Both the position numbers and the translations under genes were made by a program. Source: Alphaproteobacteria bacterium (GTDB lineage Bacteria > Pseudomonadota > Alphaproteobacteria > Bin95). Taken from it: a stretch of 64,000 nt of DNA. Positions 20,563 to 32,696 of the stretch are shown here, piece after piece (the first letter of the stretch is position 1; each line of letters starts with the position of its first letter). The notes beneath the pieces are model-generated. The model saw nothing but the letters and a program-made list of their open reading frames with translations. It was not told the DNA's origin and ran no database searches. The stretch is from NCBI GenBank assembly GCA_964291285.2, contig OZ219788.1, positions 544,001 through 608,000 of the forward strand. The letters run 5' to 3'.

Positions 20563-22620
20563 TCAGTCCTCCCTGGTGAGGATCAGGTTGCTGCACAGAT
20601 CGACCTCGGCCGAGAACCCCGGAGGAACGACGGTGGTGCAGTCGTCCTGCGAGACGATTGCGGGGCCGGCGAAATGCCGGCCGGGCGGCAGGTCCGCCCG
20701 GTCGTAGAGCGCCGCCATGCGTTCGGCGCCGTCCAGAAAGACCGCCGCATGGCCCTTCGGCGCCGCCGGCCCCGGCGCGGCGGCGGCCCCGGCCAGGGCC
20801 GGCTTCGGCACGGAGCCGCTGACCGTCAGCCGGAGATTGACCGCCTGCACCGGCGCTTGCCTGTCGGCATGGTCGTAAACGCGGGCATGTTCGCCGTGGA
20901 AGGCCTCGGCCAGCGCCGCGACCCGGCCGGCGGCGATATCGGCGCGGCCCACCGGGGTTTCGATTTCGTAGGACTGGCCGAGATAGCGCATGTCGGCGGA
21001 CCAGATGAGCCGCGCCTCGCCCCGGAAGCCCTGCTCCTCGCGCAGCCAGGCGAGCGCCTCAGCCTCCAGGTCTCCCGCGAGGCCCTCCAGCACCGCCAGG
21101 CCGTCGGCGTCCAGATCGACGAAGGCCGTGCGGATGAAGTCGTTGCGGATGTCGGCGATCAGGCCGCCATAGGCGGACAGCACGCCGGGCGCGGGCGGCA
21201 CGATCACCCGCGCCATGCCGAGCTCGCGCGCGAACAGGGCGCCCAGCATCGGCCCGGCGCCGCCGAAGGCCAGCAGCGAGAATGTGCGTGGGTCCGCGCC
21301 CCGGCGCGACATCAGCTTCGAGACCTCCAGATACATGCCGGAGACCGCAACGCTCACGATGCTCTCGGCCGCCTCCGAGAGCCCGAGCGACAGGCGCTTC
21401 GCAACCCCGCCGACCGCGCGCTCGGCCGCCGCCCGGTCCAGCCTGACGGCGCCGTATCCGAGCGCACCCGCGCCGAGCAGGCCCATCGCAAGGAAGGCAT
21501 CGGTGACGGTCGGGCGTTCGCCGCCCGCGCCGTAGCAGGCGGGGCCCGGCCGGGAGCCCGCGCTTTCCGGGCCGACCTTCAGCACGCCGAAATCGTCCAC
21601 CCGGGCGATGGAGCCGCCGCCCGCGCCGATGGAGGTGACGGAGACCGTCGGCACATAGATCGGGAACTCGCCCACCAGCTCGCCCGTGCCGAAGGCCGGC
21701 TCGCCGCCCTGGACGACCGCGACATCTGCCGAGGTGCCCCCGACATCGAAGCTCAGCACATCCTGAGCCCCGATGCGCGCCGCCGCGTCGGCCGCGCCGA
21801 TGGCCCCGGACGCCGTGCCCGAGAGCAGCATGGCGATGGGGCGGGTCTTGCCGAGTTCGGCCGCCATGATGCCGCCGTTCGACTTGGTAATCATCGGCTC
21901 GGCCGGCACGCCGGCATCGCGGAGCGCCGCCTGCAGCGAGCCGATATAGGCGGCCACCCGGCGCTGCACATAGCCGGCGACGGTGGCCGTCACCGTGCGC
22001 TCATATTCCCGGATGACCGGCCAGACATCGGAGGAGAGCGTCACCGCCATGCCGGGCTCCGCCGCCAGGATCGCGTCCCGGACCGCGCGTTCGTTCGCCG
22101 GGTTGGCATAGGCATGCAGGAGGGCGACGACGATCGTGTCCGCGCCGGCCGCCTTCGCCTTCGCCACCGCGTTCAGGACATCGGCGGGATCGACCGGCGT
22201 TTCGACCGAGCCGTCCTTCAGCACCCGCTCCGCGATGCCGTAAACCCGCTCGCGGGGGACCAGCGGCGGCGGGCGGCGCGAGAAGATGTCGTAAGGGTCG
22301 GGCGTCTTCAGCCGCGCGACCTCCAGCACGTCCTCGAACTCCCGCGTCGTGAACAGCGCCAGCTCTGCGCCCCGGCGCTGGATCACAGTGTTGACCCCCA
22401 CCGTGGTGCCGTGGGTGAAGAACCGGATGCCGGAGGCCGGCTGCCCGTGGCGCCGGTCCAGCTCGGCGATGCCCTGCATGACCTCCGCACCCGGAGTCTC
22501 GGGCGTCGAGAGGATCTTCAGGGTCCTGAGCGCGCCCGTCGCCTCGTCGAAGGCGCAGAAATCGGTGAACGTGCCGCCGATATCGACAGCGACCCGGCAT
22601 CCCTTTGTAAGTTCCGACAC
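20563..22620 (-). CDS. hydantoinase A/oxoprolinase family protein
   Basis: DIGGTFTD, HGTT, REYER, DVGGTSAD, GPESAG, FGGAGP. Confidence 0.92.
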   Translation of the reverse strand: MSELTKGCRVAVDIGGTFTDFCAFDEATGALRTLKILSTPETPGAEVMQGIAELDRRHGQPASGIRFFTHGTTVGVNTVIQRRGAELALFTTREFEDVLEVARLKTPDPYDIFSRRPPPLVPRERVYGIAERVLKDGSVETPVDPADVLNAVAKAKAAGADTIVVALLHAYANPANERAVRDAILAAEPGMAVTLSSDVWPVIREYERTVTATVAGYVQRRVAAYIGSLQAALRDAGVPAEPMITKSNGGIMAAELGKTRPIAMLLSGTASGAIGAADAAARIGAQDVLSFDVGGTSADVAVVQGGEPAFGTGELVGEFPIYVPTVSVTSIGAGGGSIARVDDFGVLKVGPESAGSRPGPACYGAGGERPTVTDAFLAMGLLGAGALGYGAVRLDRAAAERAVGGVAKRLSLGLSEAAESIVSVAVSGMYLEVSKLMSRRGADPRTFSLLAFGGAGPMLGALFARELGMARVIVPPAPGVLSAYGGLIADIRNDFIRTAFVDLDADGLAVLEGLAGDLEAEALAWLREEQGFRGEARLIWSADMRYLGQSYEIETPVGRADIAAGRVAALAEAFHGEHARVYDHADRQAPVQAVNLRLTVSGSVPKPALAGAAAAPGPAAPKGHAAVFLDGAERMAALYDRADLPPGRHFAGPAIVSQDDCTTVVPPGFSAEVDLCSNLILTRED

Positions 22621-22800
22621 GGTGCCCCAATTCCATTCAGGATCGCGGCCGCCGGTCGCGAAGGCCGCAGTTCCGCCCAGCATTTCCCGGGCCGCGCCGC
22701 AAGTCCAGCCTCGTCATCGCGCGGCGGGGAATGTCGGCGCGCGCCGCCCGGATATGCGATACAGGCGCGGGAAACGGGACGGACGGAAAGGGCCGCGGCC

Positions 22801-23688
22801 ATGCTCGCAGGACTCAACACGGCGCTGGTGACGCCGTTCGATGCGGAGTTCGCGTTCGACGAGGCTGCCATGCGCAGAAGCGTCCGCCACCAGATCGAGG
22901 CCGGCGCGGCCGGGCTTTGCGCGCTCGGCGGCACGGGGGAGCCGCTGTCGCTCACCCTTGCCGAGCATTTCAGGGTCGTCGATACGGTCGTCGAGGAGGC
23001 GGGCGGGCGCGTGCCCGTCACGGTCGGCTGCCTGCTCGGCGCGCAGGCCGACATCCTTGCGGTCGCGCGGCATGCGGAACGGGCCGGCGCCGATTTCATC
23101 ATGCTCGTCCCGCCCTTTTTCTTCTCCGCCCGGCCCTTCGACATCGAGCGCCATTTTGCCGCCGTCGCGGAGGCCTGCGGGCTGCCGATCGTGCTCTTCC
23201 ATACGCCCGGGCGGAGCGGCGTCCGCCTGAATGCGGACGAACTGCTCGCCCTCATCCACGCGGTTCCCTCCATCCGGGGCATCAAGGAGGCATCCGGCGA
23301 CATGCTGCTCGCGGGCGAGGTGATGAACGGCGCGCCGCAGGGGTTCGCGTTCATGCAGGGGCTGGACGAGCTGTTGCTGCCGTCGCTCGCGATGGGCGCG
23401 GCGGGCGGCATCGTCTCGCTCGGCGAACTGCTTCCCCGGAGCCTGCGGGCGCTGTTTGAGCATGCCGGGGCGGGCGCGCTTGAGCCGGCACAGGGAATAC
23501 AACTGGGCCTCCTGCCGCTCTGCCGCTGGATCTATTGCGAGCCCAATCCCGGCCCGCTCAAGCATGCGCTCGACCTCGCCGGCCGCCCGGCGGGCCCCTG
23601 CCGCCCGCCCATCTACGGCCCCCGCGACGCCACGGTGCAGGCGCTCCGGAAACTGCTGCCGCCCCTGCTCCGCGCGGAGGAGGGCTGA
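22801..23688 (+). CDS. dihydrodipicolinate synthase-family aldolase
   Basis: TALVTPF, GGTGE, Schiff-base GIKEASGD, PNPGPLK. Confidence 0.88.
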   Translation: MLAGLNTALVTPFDAEFAFDEAAMRRSVRHQIEAGAAGLCALGGTGEPLSLTLAEHFRVVDTVVEEAGGRVPVTVGCLLGAQADILAVARHAERAGADFIMLVPPFFFSARPFDIERHFAAVAEACGLPIVLFHTPGRSGVRLNADELLALIHAVPSIRGIKEASGDMLLAGEVMNGAPQGFAFMQGLDELLLPSLAMGAAGGIVSLGELLPRSLRALFEHAGAGALEPAQGIQLGLLPLCRWIYCEPNPGPLKHALDLAGRPAGPCRPPIYGPRDATVQALRKLLPPLLRAEEG

Positions 23689-23697
23689 CCCGCGCGG

Positions 23698-23730
23698 GAT
23701 GTCATGGAATGTCATGTTTTGTCATGTTCC
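23698..23730. repeat. three 10-bp-period GTCATG units (left arm of a long-range inverted repeat)
   Basis: gat GTCATGgaat GTCATGtttt GTCATGttcc; reverse complements lie at 26003-26023 and 26036-26058. Confidence 0.85.
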
Positions 23731-23808
23731 GGGTTCGTACACTGACGGCTTCCGCCGGTTCGAGGGGTTGTTTCACGGGCCGGGGCGGCGGTGGGGGGCG
23801 GGACCCTA

Positions 23809-25824
23809 ACCCGACTTCCGCAACTCGGCTTGAGAATCGACTGATTTGACGGTTTTCCGGCGCGAGAAGTGTCGGATTTCGGTGCAGTACCTCTCGGGAC
23901 CGGCTTGTAGTGCCGACCTACCCCCTTGATCGGGCTGGCGAAGATCCGGACGCTGCGCTGATGTTCGTGCGCTGCAAGAGACGCTTCAAGGACGGCAAGG
24001 AGCACCGCTACTGGAGCGTTGTGGAGAACGTCCGGGTCCACGGCGGTCGGGTTGTTCAGCGTCAGGTGCTCTATCTCGGGGAGATCAACGACAGCCAGCG
24101 AGCGGCGTGGTGCCGCTCGATCGAGGTGGTGGAGGGCAAGTCGCGATCACGGCAGATGGCGCTGTTTCCCGAGGACCGGGAGGCGCCGGCGCTGACTTGC
24201 GAAGTGGTGAAGATCGACCTCTCGCAGGTGGCGCTTCACGACCCGCGCCAGTGGGGGGCGTGCTGGCTGGCGCTGTCCTTGTGGGACCGCCTGGACCTGG
24301 ACCGCTTCTGGGAAGAGCGGCTGCCGGCGAGCCGGCAAGGCACGCGGTGGCTGGACATCCTGAAGATCCAGGTCTGCTACCGGCTGATCGACCCGGGCAG
24401 CGAGTGGCGCCTTCACCGTCACTGGTATGAGCACAGCGCGCTTCGCGATCTTCTGGGTGGCGAGCGGGCGATCGCCGACGACACACTCTATCGCTGTCTC
24501 GACAAGCTGCTGGCGCACAAGCAGGGCTTCTTCTCGTTTCTGCGCGACCGCTGGGCGACGCTGTTCGAGGCGCGCTTCGACGTGCTGCTCTACGACCTGA
24601 CCTCGACCTACTTCGAGAGCGATCCGCCGTTCGATGACAAGCGCCGCTTCGGCTACAGCCGGGACAAGCGGCCCGACTGCGTGCAGGTGGTGATCGCCCT
24701 GATCGTTACGCCGCAGGGCTTTCCGCTGGCCTATGAGGTGATGCCGGGCAACACCTCCGACGACACCACGCTGGCGGCGTTCCTCAAGAAGATCGAGGAT
24801 CAGTATGGCCGCTCCGAGCGGGTGTGGATCATGGACCGCGGCATCCCCACCGAGGAGACGCTGGCCGCGATGCGCGAGGGCGAGGCGCCGGTGCGCTACC
24901 TGGTGGGCACGCCCAAGGGCCGGCTGACGCGGCTCGAGAAGGTGTTCCTGGGCCTGCCCTGGCAGGAGGTGCGCCAGTCCGTGACTGTCAAGCTTCTGGT
25001 CGAGGATGGCGAGCTCTACGTCCTGGTGCGCAGCGAGGGGCGGCAGGTGAAGGAACGCGGCATGCGCCGGCGCCGGCTGAAGAGGCTGTGGCGTCGATTG
25101 GCCGAGTTGCAAGGGCAGTCGAACAGCCGGGATCAGTTGTTGCTCAAGCTCGGCGCCGCCAGGAAGGAGGCCGGCCGGGCCTGGAGCCTGGTCGACATCA
25201 CCGTGCCCGGGACCGACAGCGAACTCGCCGCCAACGGCTTCTCATTCCGCCTGCAGCGCGACCGGCTGCGCCAGGTCCGCCGCCGCGAGGGCCGTTACCT
25301 GCTGCGATCCAACATGGTCGCCGAAGACCCCGCCACGCTGTGGCATCTGTACATGCAGCTCGTCGAGATCGAGCAGGCGTTCAAGGAACTCAAGCACGAC
25401 CTCGCGATCCGCCCCATCTTCCATCAGCGCCAAGAGCGCATCGAGGCGCATATCTTCGTCTCGTTCATCGCCTACTGCCTGCTGGTGACCCTGAAGAACC
25501 TCGCCCGGCCGCGCGCCCCGGGCCTCACCCCACGCGCCATCCTTGAGGCCTTCGCCACCATCCAGATGGTGGACGTCCATCTGCCAACCACCGACGGCCG
25601 GCACCTCGTCCTGCCGCGCCACACCCGGCCGAACAAGGAGCACGAGCTACTGCTGCAACAGCTCGGCATGACCTGGCCGCAGCAACCCGCACCCCGGATC
25701 TCCGCCTGACGGCACACGGCGCCGCCTCTCCGTTCGCCGCCTTGTAGTGCCGACCCTCGGGGAGACGATCAAGGCTATTCAATGAGTTAGCATCCTCATG
25801 ACCCCCGAGTTGCGGAAGTCGGGT
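23809..25824 (+). mobile_element. IS1634-family insertion sequence
   Basis: Terminal IR ACCCGACTTCCGCAACTCGG / CCGAGTTGCGGAAGTCGGGT with TA on both sides; exact ends ambiguous because the target is palindromic. Confidence 0.88.
23961..25709 (+). CDS. IS1634-family transposase
   Basis: LYDLTSTYFE, GYSRDKRPD, IMDRG, IEQAFKELK, RIEAHIFVSF. Confidence 0.92.
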   Translation: MFVRCKRRFKDGKEHRYWSVVENVRVHGGRVVQRQVLYLGEINDSQRAAWCRSIEVVEGKSRSRQMALFPEDREAPALTCEVVKIDLSQVALHDPRQWGACWLALSLWDRLDLDRFWEERLPASRQGTRWLDILKIQVCYRLIDPGSEWRLHRHWYEHSALRDLLGGERAIADDTLYRCLDKLLAHKQGFFSFLRDRWATLFEARFDVLLYDLTSTYFESDPPFDDKRRFGYSRDKRPDCVQVVIALIVTPQGFPLAYEVMPGNTSDDTTLAAFLKKIEDQYGRSERVWIMDRGIPTEETLAAMREGEAPVRYLVGTPKGRLTRLEKVFLGLPWQEVRQSVTVKLLVEDGELYVLVRSEGRQVKERGMRRRRLKRLWRRLAELQGQSNSRDQLLLKLGAARKEAGRAWSLVDITVPGTDSELAANGFSFRLQRDRLRQVRRREGRYLLRSNMVAEDPATLWHLYMQLVEIEQAFKELKHDLAIRPIFHQRQERIEAHIFVSFIAYCLLVTLKNLARPRAPGLTPRAILEAFATIQMVDVHLPTTDGRHLVLPRHTRPNKEHELLLQQLGMTWPQQPAPRISA

Positions 25825-26002
25825 TAGGGTTCCGCCCCCGGGCAAACCGGCAGCGGGGAGAACGGAACGGACAGGGCTTAAAAGGAGAGACTCATGCCGA
25901 AGACGCGAAGCCGGGCAAACCGGAGGACATACCCAGGGGAGCTGCCCGGGGCGAGGGCCTTATGCCGGGATCGAACGCAGACTATGACCCCGGCGCATGG
26001 CG

Positions 26003-26058
26003 AACATGACATTCCATGACATCGCACGGCCTCCTCATGACAAAACATGACATTCCAT
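26003..26058. repeat. CATGAC 10-bp-period units (right arm of the long-range inverted repeat)
   Basis: AACATGACATTCCATGACATC (21 bp) and CATGACAAAACATGACATTCCAT (23 bp) are perfect reverse complements of 23698-23718 and 23704-23726. Confidence 0.85.
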
Positions 26059-26148
26059 CACGTCCGGCGGCCTCCCCGCACCGCCTTCGTCGAAACCTGC
26101 CGCGAGGGCATGCGCGCCGGCCGGCGAACGGTGGTATGACGCCCGGCG

Positions 26149-26859
26149 ATGATCGATTGGACCGACCGCGCCGTCATGTTGTCCGCCCGTCCCTTCGGGG
26201 AGGGCAAGGCCGTCGCGCAGGCGCTGACCGAGACGCACGGCCGCCATGCCGGGCTGGTGCAGGGCGCGCGCCGCCACGCCGAGGCGCTCCAGCCCGGCAC
26301 GCTCGCGACGGTGCGCTGGCGGGCGCGGCTCTCCGACCAGCTGGGCAGCTTCTCATGCGAGGTCGAGACGGCCCACGCCGCGCTCTGGCTGGACGACCCG
26401 GCGCGGCTGGCGGCGCTCCAGAGCGCCTGCGCGGTGGCGGAAATGGGCCTGCCGGAGCGCGAGCCGCACCCGGCGGCGTTCTCGGGGCTCGCCGCCTTCC
26501 TGGAAACGCTGGCGGGCGGCGCCTGGCCCGCGGCCTATGTCGGCTACGAGGTGGCGCTGCTGGCGGAGCTCGGCTTCGGCCTCGACCTGGAGCGCTGCGC
26601 GGTCACGGGCTGCCGCACGGGGCTTGCCTGGGTCTCGCCCCGGTCCGGGCGGGCCGTCACGCGCGAGGCCGGCGAGCCGTGGAAGGACCGGCTGCTGGCC
26701 CTGCCGGGCTTCCTCTCCGGCGCGCCCGGCTTCACGCCCGGCGACATTCGCGACGGCCTGGCGCTCACCGGCCATTTCCTCGCCCGCCATATCGCCGGGC
26801 CGGTGGACCGCCCCCTGCCCGCCGCGCGCCTGCGCCTCGCGGATTGTTTCGCGGGCTGA
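26149..26859 (+). CDS. recO: DNA repair protein RecO
   Basis: [39 protein letters not shown]; adjacent to parC. Confidence 0.93.
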   Translation: MIDWTDRAVMLSARPFGEGKAVAQALTETHGRHAGLVQGARRHAEALQPGTLATVRWRARLSDQLGSFSCEVETAHAALWLDDPARLAALQSACAVAEMGLPEREPHPAAFSGLAAFLETLAGGAWPAAYVGYEVALLAELGFGLDLERCAVTGCRTGLAWVSPRSGRAVTREAGEPWKDRLLALPGFLSGAPGFTPGDIRDGLALTGHFLARHIAGPVDRPLPAARLRLADCFAG

Positions 26860-26872
26860 GGACGCCTATTCT

Positions 26873-29146
<2,274 letters not shown>

Positions 29147-29152
29147 CCGGCC

Positions 29153-30565
29153 TCAGAGCGCCGGGCGCCTGTCTGCCCAGGGGCGCGCGGCCTCGAAGGC
29201 GGCGGCGGCCTGGAGCACGCCCAGATCGTCCAGCCGGCGCCCGACGACCTGGAGGCCGACGGGCAGCCCCGCCTCCGTGAACCCGCAGGGAATCGAGGCC
29301 GCCGGGTTGTGGGAGAGATTGAAGGGGTAGCTGAATTGCGCCCATTGCAGCCAGTTCCACGGATGGTCCGGCCAGTGGGAGGGGGAGAGGCGCCCGGCGG
29401 GGAAGGCGGCGACCGAGACGGACGGCGTGAGCAGGAAGTCGTAATCCTCGAAGAAGCGGTGGATCGCCTCGACATAGGCGAGCTTCCGCGCGCGCATGGC
29501 GAGATAGTCCTCCGCCCGGTAGCCCAGCCCGTCGCGGATGCAGGCGACAAGGCCGGGGTCCATCCGGTCCTCGAACGCCTCCAGCAGGCCGGCATAGCCG
29601 AGCTCGTGGACCGGCCAGAAGAAATGCTCGATCTCCACCCCGTCCGGCCCCCAGGCGGGCGAGACTTCCTCGATCTCGGCCCCGAGTTCCGCGACCGCCG
29701 CGACCGCATCGGCCACCAGCGCCGCCACCTCCCCATCGACCCGCGCATGGCCGAGATGGGGGCTGTAAGCGACGCGCGCGCCCCGGAGCCGCTCCCCCTC
29801 GCCCAGGAGTGCGGGATAGTCCGCCGGCGGCGCTTCGAGGCTGTAATGGTCGCGCGGGTGCGGCCCGGCCATGACCCTGAGCATCAGCGCGGCATCGGCG
29901 ACGGTGCGGGTCATCGGCCCGACATGGCTCACCTGGTCGGTATTGCCGACCGGCAGATGCGCCACCCGCCCGTAGCTCGGCTTGATGCCGAAAATGCCGC
30001 AGAAATGGCTCGGCATACGGATCGAGCCCGCGCCGTCGGAGCCCTGGTGCAGCGGCCCGTAGCCCGCCGCCGCGCCCGCGCCGGCGCCCGCCGAGGAGGC
30101 GCCGGCGTTCATGCCGTGCGCCCAGGGATTGTGCGTGATCCCGGTGAGCGGGCTCTGGCTCACTCCCTTCCAGCCGAACTCCGACGTCGTCGTCTTGCCG
30201 AGGGAGACCGCGCCCGCCGCCGCCAGCCGGTCCACGCAGGGCGCGCTTTCCGCCGGGACGGTCCCCTTCTCCGCGTGCGATCCGCGCTCGGTCGGGATGC
30301 CGGCCGTGTTGGTCAGGTCCTTGATCGTCACCGGCACGCCGTGCAGGGGCCCGAGCGCCGCGCCCGACATGACCTTCGCCTCGGCCTCCTTCGCCGTGTC
30401 GCGCGCGCGCTCGGCGGTGAGCGTGGCGAAGGCGTTGATGCGCGGCTCCAGCCGCTCGATCCGGGCCAGCACCGTATCGACGATCTCGACCGGCGAAATC
30501 TCCTTCGCGGCCACCATCGCCGCCAACCGGGTCGCCGGCGTGAAACACAGGTCTTCTTCGTTCAT
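29153..30565 (-). CDS. amidase (amidase-signature family)
   Basis: GVPVTIKD, GASSAG, GSDGAGSIRMPS, GLPVGLQ. Confidence 0.92.
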   Translation of the reverse strand: MNEEDLCFTPATRLAAMVAAKEISPVEIVDTVLARIERLEPRINAFATLTAERARDTAKEAEAKVMSGAALGPLHGVPVTIKDLTNTAGIPTERGSHAEKGTVPAESAPCVDRLAAAGAVSLGKTTTSEFGWKGVSQSPLTGITHNPWAHGMNAGASSAGAGAGAAAGYGPLHQGSDGAGSIRMPSHFCGIFGIKPSYGRVAHLPVGNTDQVSHVGPMTRTVADAALMLRVMAGPHPRDHYSLEAPPADYPALLGEGERLRGARVAYSPHLGHARVDGEVAALVADAVAAVAELGAEIEEVSPAWGPDGVEIEHFFWPVHELGYAGLLEAFEDRMDPGLVACIRDGLGYRAEDYLAMRARKLAYVEAIHRFFEDYDFLLTPSVSVAAFPAGRLSPSHWPDHPWNWLQWAQFSYPFNLSHNPAASIPCGFTEAGLPVGLQVVGRRLDDLGVLQAAAAFEAARPWADRRPAL

Positions 30566-30687
30566 CGGCCCTCTCCGGCCCCGCGGAATGTCGAGGCCGG
30601 GAGCCTAACCCGGATGTCTCGCCGATGTCATGGGCCCGTGCGGCGCCTGTGCTAGGGTCCGGGCCCGGCGCGTCGGAGGAGAGCGAA

Positions 30688-31488
30688 ATGGTAGAGGTGG
30701 CGACATTCGCACCCGGCGGATACCGCTATATCCGGGGGCGGTTCCAGTATTCGGGCGGCGTCGCGGCGGAGCCCGGCTTCCGGATCGAGCGCGTGCGCTT
30801 CCGCCGCCTCGTGCCGCTGGAGGCGGGCTTCCGGCGGATCGAGGCCTGGCTGGAGGCGGCGGGGCGGCCGATGACGGCCTTCTGCGCCTGCGAGCTGCGT
30901 TCGCCCGGACAGTTCAGCGAAGAGGGGTTCGTTGCCTTCAACCGGGCCTATGTGCGCACACTGGAGCGCTGGGGCATTTTCCGCGACGAGGAGAACCCGG
31001 TCGCGCGCTCCAATGTCTGCCCGGAGGTGAACCCGCCCGGCGAACCGGGCTTCCACGCCTTCTGCTACACCGTCGCGCAGAACGCGACGAACCGTTCGGA
31101 TGGCGGCGTTGGCGCCGCCGTCCCCGACGAGGGGACGGGCGGCACCTTCGTCATCGCCGGCTCCGGCGAGGCGCCGGAAGGGCCGGGGCCCTACCGGGAC
31201 CGGATCATCCGCCTCGGCGACACCTCGCCGGACGCGATGCGGGAGAAGGCGCGCTATGTGCTGGGCGCCATGGAGAGCCGCATGGCCGCGCTCGGCTTCG
31301 GCTGGGCGGACGCGACCGCCGCCCAGGTCTATACGGTCCACGAAATCCACGGCCTTCTCGGGCCCGAGATCGTCGCGCGCGGCGCAGCGCCGGACGGCAT
31401 CCAGTGGACCTTCGCCCGCCCGCCGGTCGAGGGCCTCGCCTTCGAAATGGACGTGCGCGGCCTGTTCTCGGAGCGGGTCGTAGCCTGA
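30688..31488 (+). CDS. CnbZ-like (2-amino-5-chloromuconate deaminase family) protein
   Basis: FQYSGGVAA, CACELRSP, NPVARSNVCP, RPPV-GL-FEMDVR. Confidence 0.75.
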   Translation: MVEVATFAPGGYRYIRGRFQYSGGVAAEPGFRIERVRFRRLVPLEAGFRRIEAWLEAAGRPMTAFCACELRSPGQFSEEGFVAFNRAYVRTLERWGIFRDEENPVARSNVCPEVNPPGEPGFHAFCYTVAQNATNRSDGGVGAAVPDEGTGGTFVIAGSGEAPEGPGPYRDRIIRLGDTSPDAMREKARYVLGAMESRMAALGFGWADATAAQVYTVHEIHGLLGPEIVARGAAPDGIQWTFARPPVEGLAFEMDVRGLFSERVVA

Positions 31489-31556
31489 CGCGCGACGGCG
31501 GCACCACGGTACCGCGCTGCCCGAAGCGCCGCGGCCTTCACCGCATCCGGGTCCCG

Positions 31557-32696
31557 TCAATAGACGCCGGGGAAGATGCGGTATTTCACCCTTGCCCGGT
31601 ATTCGGCCCATTTCCGGGGGCCGTATTTCTCCGCGCAGTGGCGCTCGTCCGCGCGCTGGCGCCAGACGAACAGCGAGACGATGAAGACGAAATAGGTCCA
31701 GGCCCAGGGATTGCCCGGATAGCCGAATAGGAGCGCGATCGAGAGCGACAGGAACCCCTCGCCCAGATAGTTGAAATGGCGTGCGGCGCCCCACAGGCCG
31801 CTGCACAGGATCTTGCGCTCGCCCGCCTCGATATAGTCGGGCTCGATGAGCCCGAGAAACTTGCGGTCGGGCCATCGCTTGAATGTGTATTTCTGCAGGT
31901 TCGCGCCGCGCGAAATGCTCCAGCCGAACAGGAACAGCGCCCCCGTTCCGATGAGCCAGGCATTTGTCCATGCCGGCGGGAATCCGGGGTCCGGATGGGC
32001 GGCCATGCCCCAGAGCGGCAGGATGAACAGCCACCCGTAGACGACAAGCCCGCCCCAGATCAGCATGAAGCCGAGCTTCTCGTGGATCAGGTCGTAGGTG
32101 TAGAGCTGGACGCGCTCGAAGACGAAATAGTCCAGCACGTAGAATGTGAAGAACGCCGCATACAGGAAGACGCCGGGATTGGCGTCCGCGCCGAAGCGCT
32201 CATAGTGGTACGCGGCGCCGGAAAGCGCGTTGAGCGCGAACATCGTCCCGCCGACGACATAGAGATACATCTTCACGTCGAAGCGGCCGTTGAAGAGGGC
32301 GATCTCCAGCGCCCGCCCGTGCCAGAGGTCGGCGGCCAGGCTTCCGGTTTTCGCCTTCGGCCGGCCGCACACGGCCAGGACGGTGAAGACCGCGGAGAAC
32401 ACCGTGCCGCCGATCACGGCCGGGATCGTGGACCTGTAGAACCAGTCATGCGGCAGGCCGGTGATCCCGGACGCCCACACGGCCAGCGCAAGCGCGAACA
32501 CCAGGATGCCGTTCAGGCGGTATTCGCGGGGTTTGCCGGTCTCCGGATCGATGACGTAGCCGGGCACCCGCCTTGCCGGAAGGACGAGTTGCGCTGTGAG
32601 AAAAACGGCAAAGACCGCGAGCGGGGTGAAGAAGCCGGCAATCGCCTCCGCCCGCGAGAGCTCGAAAAGGTGGCCGATGCCAAGCGCCTCGATCAC
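31557..32696 (-). CDS. ERG4/ERG24-family sterol reductase-like integral membrane protein
   Basis: Multi-TM; RGANLQK, SGLWGAARHFNYLGE, C-terminal CAEKYG...W..Y...V.YRIFPGVY. Confidence 0.85.
   Translation of the reverse strand: MIEALGIGHLFELSRAEAIAGFFTPLAVFAVFLTAQLVLPARRVPGYVIDPETGKPREYRLNGILVFALALAVWASGITGLPHDWFYRSTIPAVIGGTVFSAVFTVLAVCGRPKAKTGSLAADLWHGRALEIALFNGRFDVKMYLYVVGGTMFALNALSGAAYHYERFGADANPGVFLYAAFFTFYVLDYFVFERVQLYTYDLIHEKLGFMLIWGGLVVYGWLFILPLWGMAAHPDPGFPPAWTNAWLIGTGALFLFGWSISRGANLQKYTFKRWPDRKFLGLIEPDYIEAGERKILCSGLWGAARHFNYLGEGFLSLSIALLFGYPGNPWAWTYFVFIVSLFVWRQRADERHCAEKYGPRKWAEYRARVKYRIFPGVY

Noticed and set aside
18544-23688. 1714-aa plus-strand ORF, and similar very long ORFs such as 48834-51827 and 56617-60306
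   Set aside because: Antisense shadows of real genes in high-GC DNA; only the last 295 aa of the 18544 ORF (DHDPS family) is real
23698-26058. CATGAC repeats as a CRISPR array
   Set aside because: 10-bp period with no unique spacers, inverted arrangement and no cas genes
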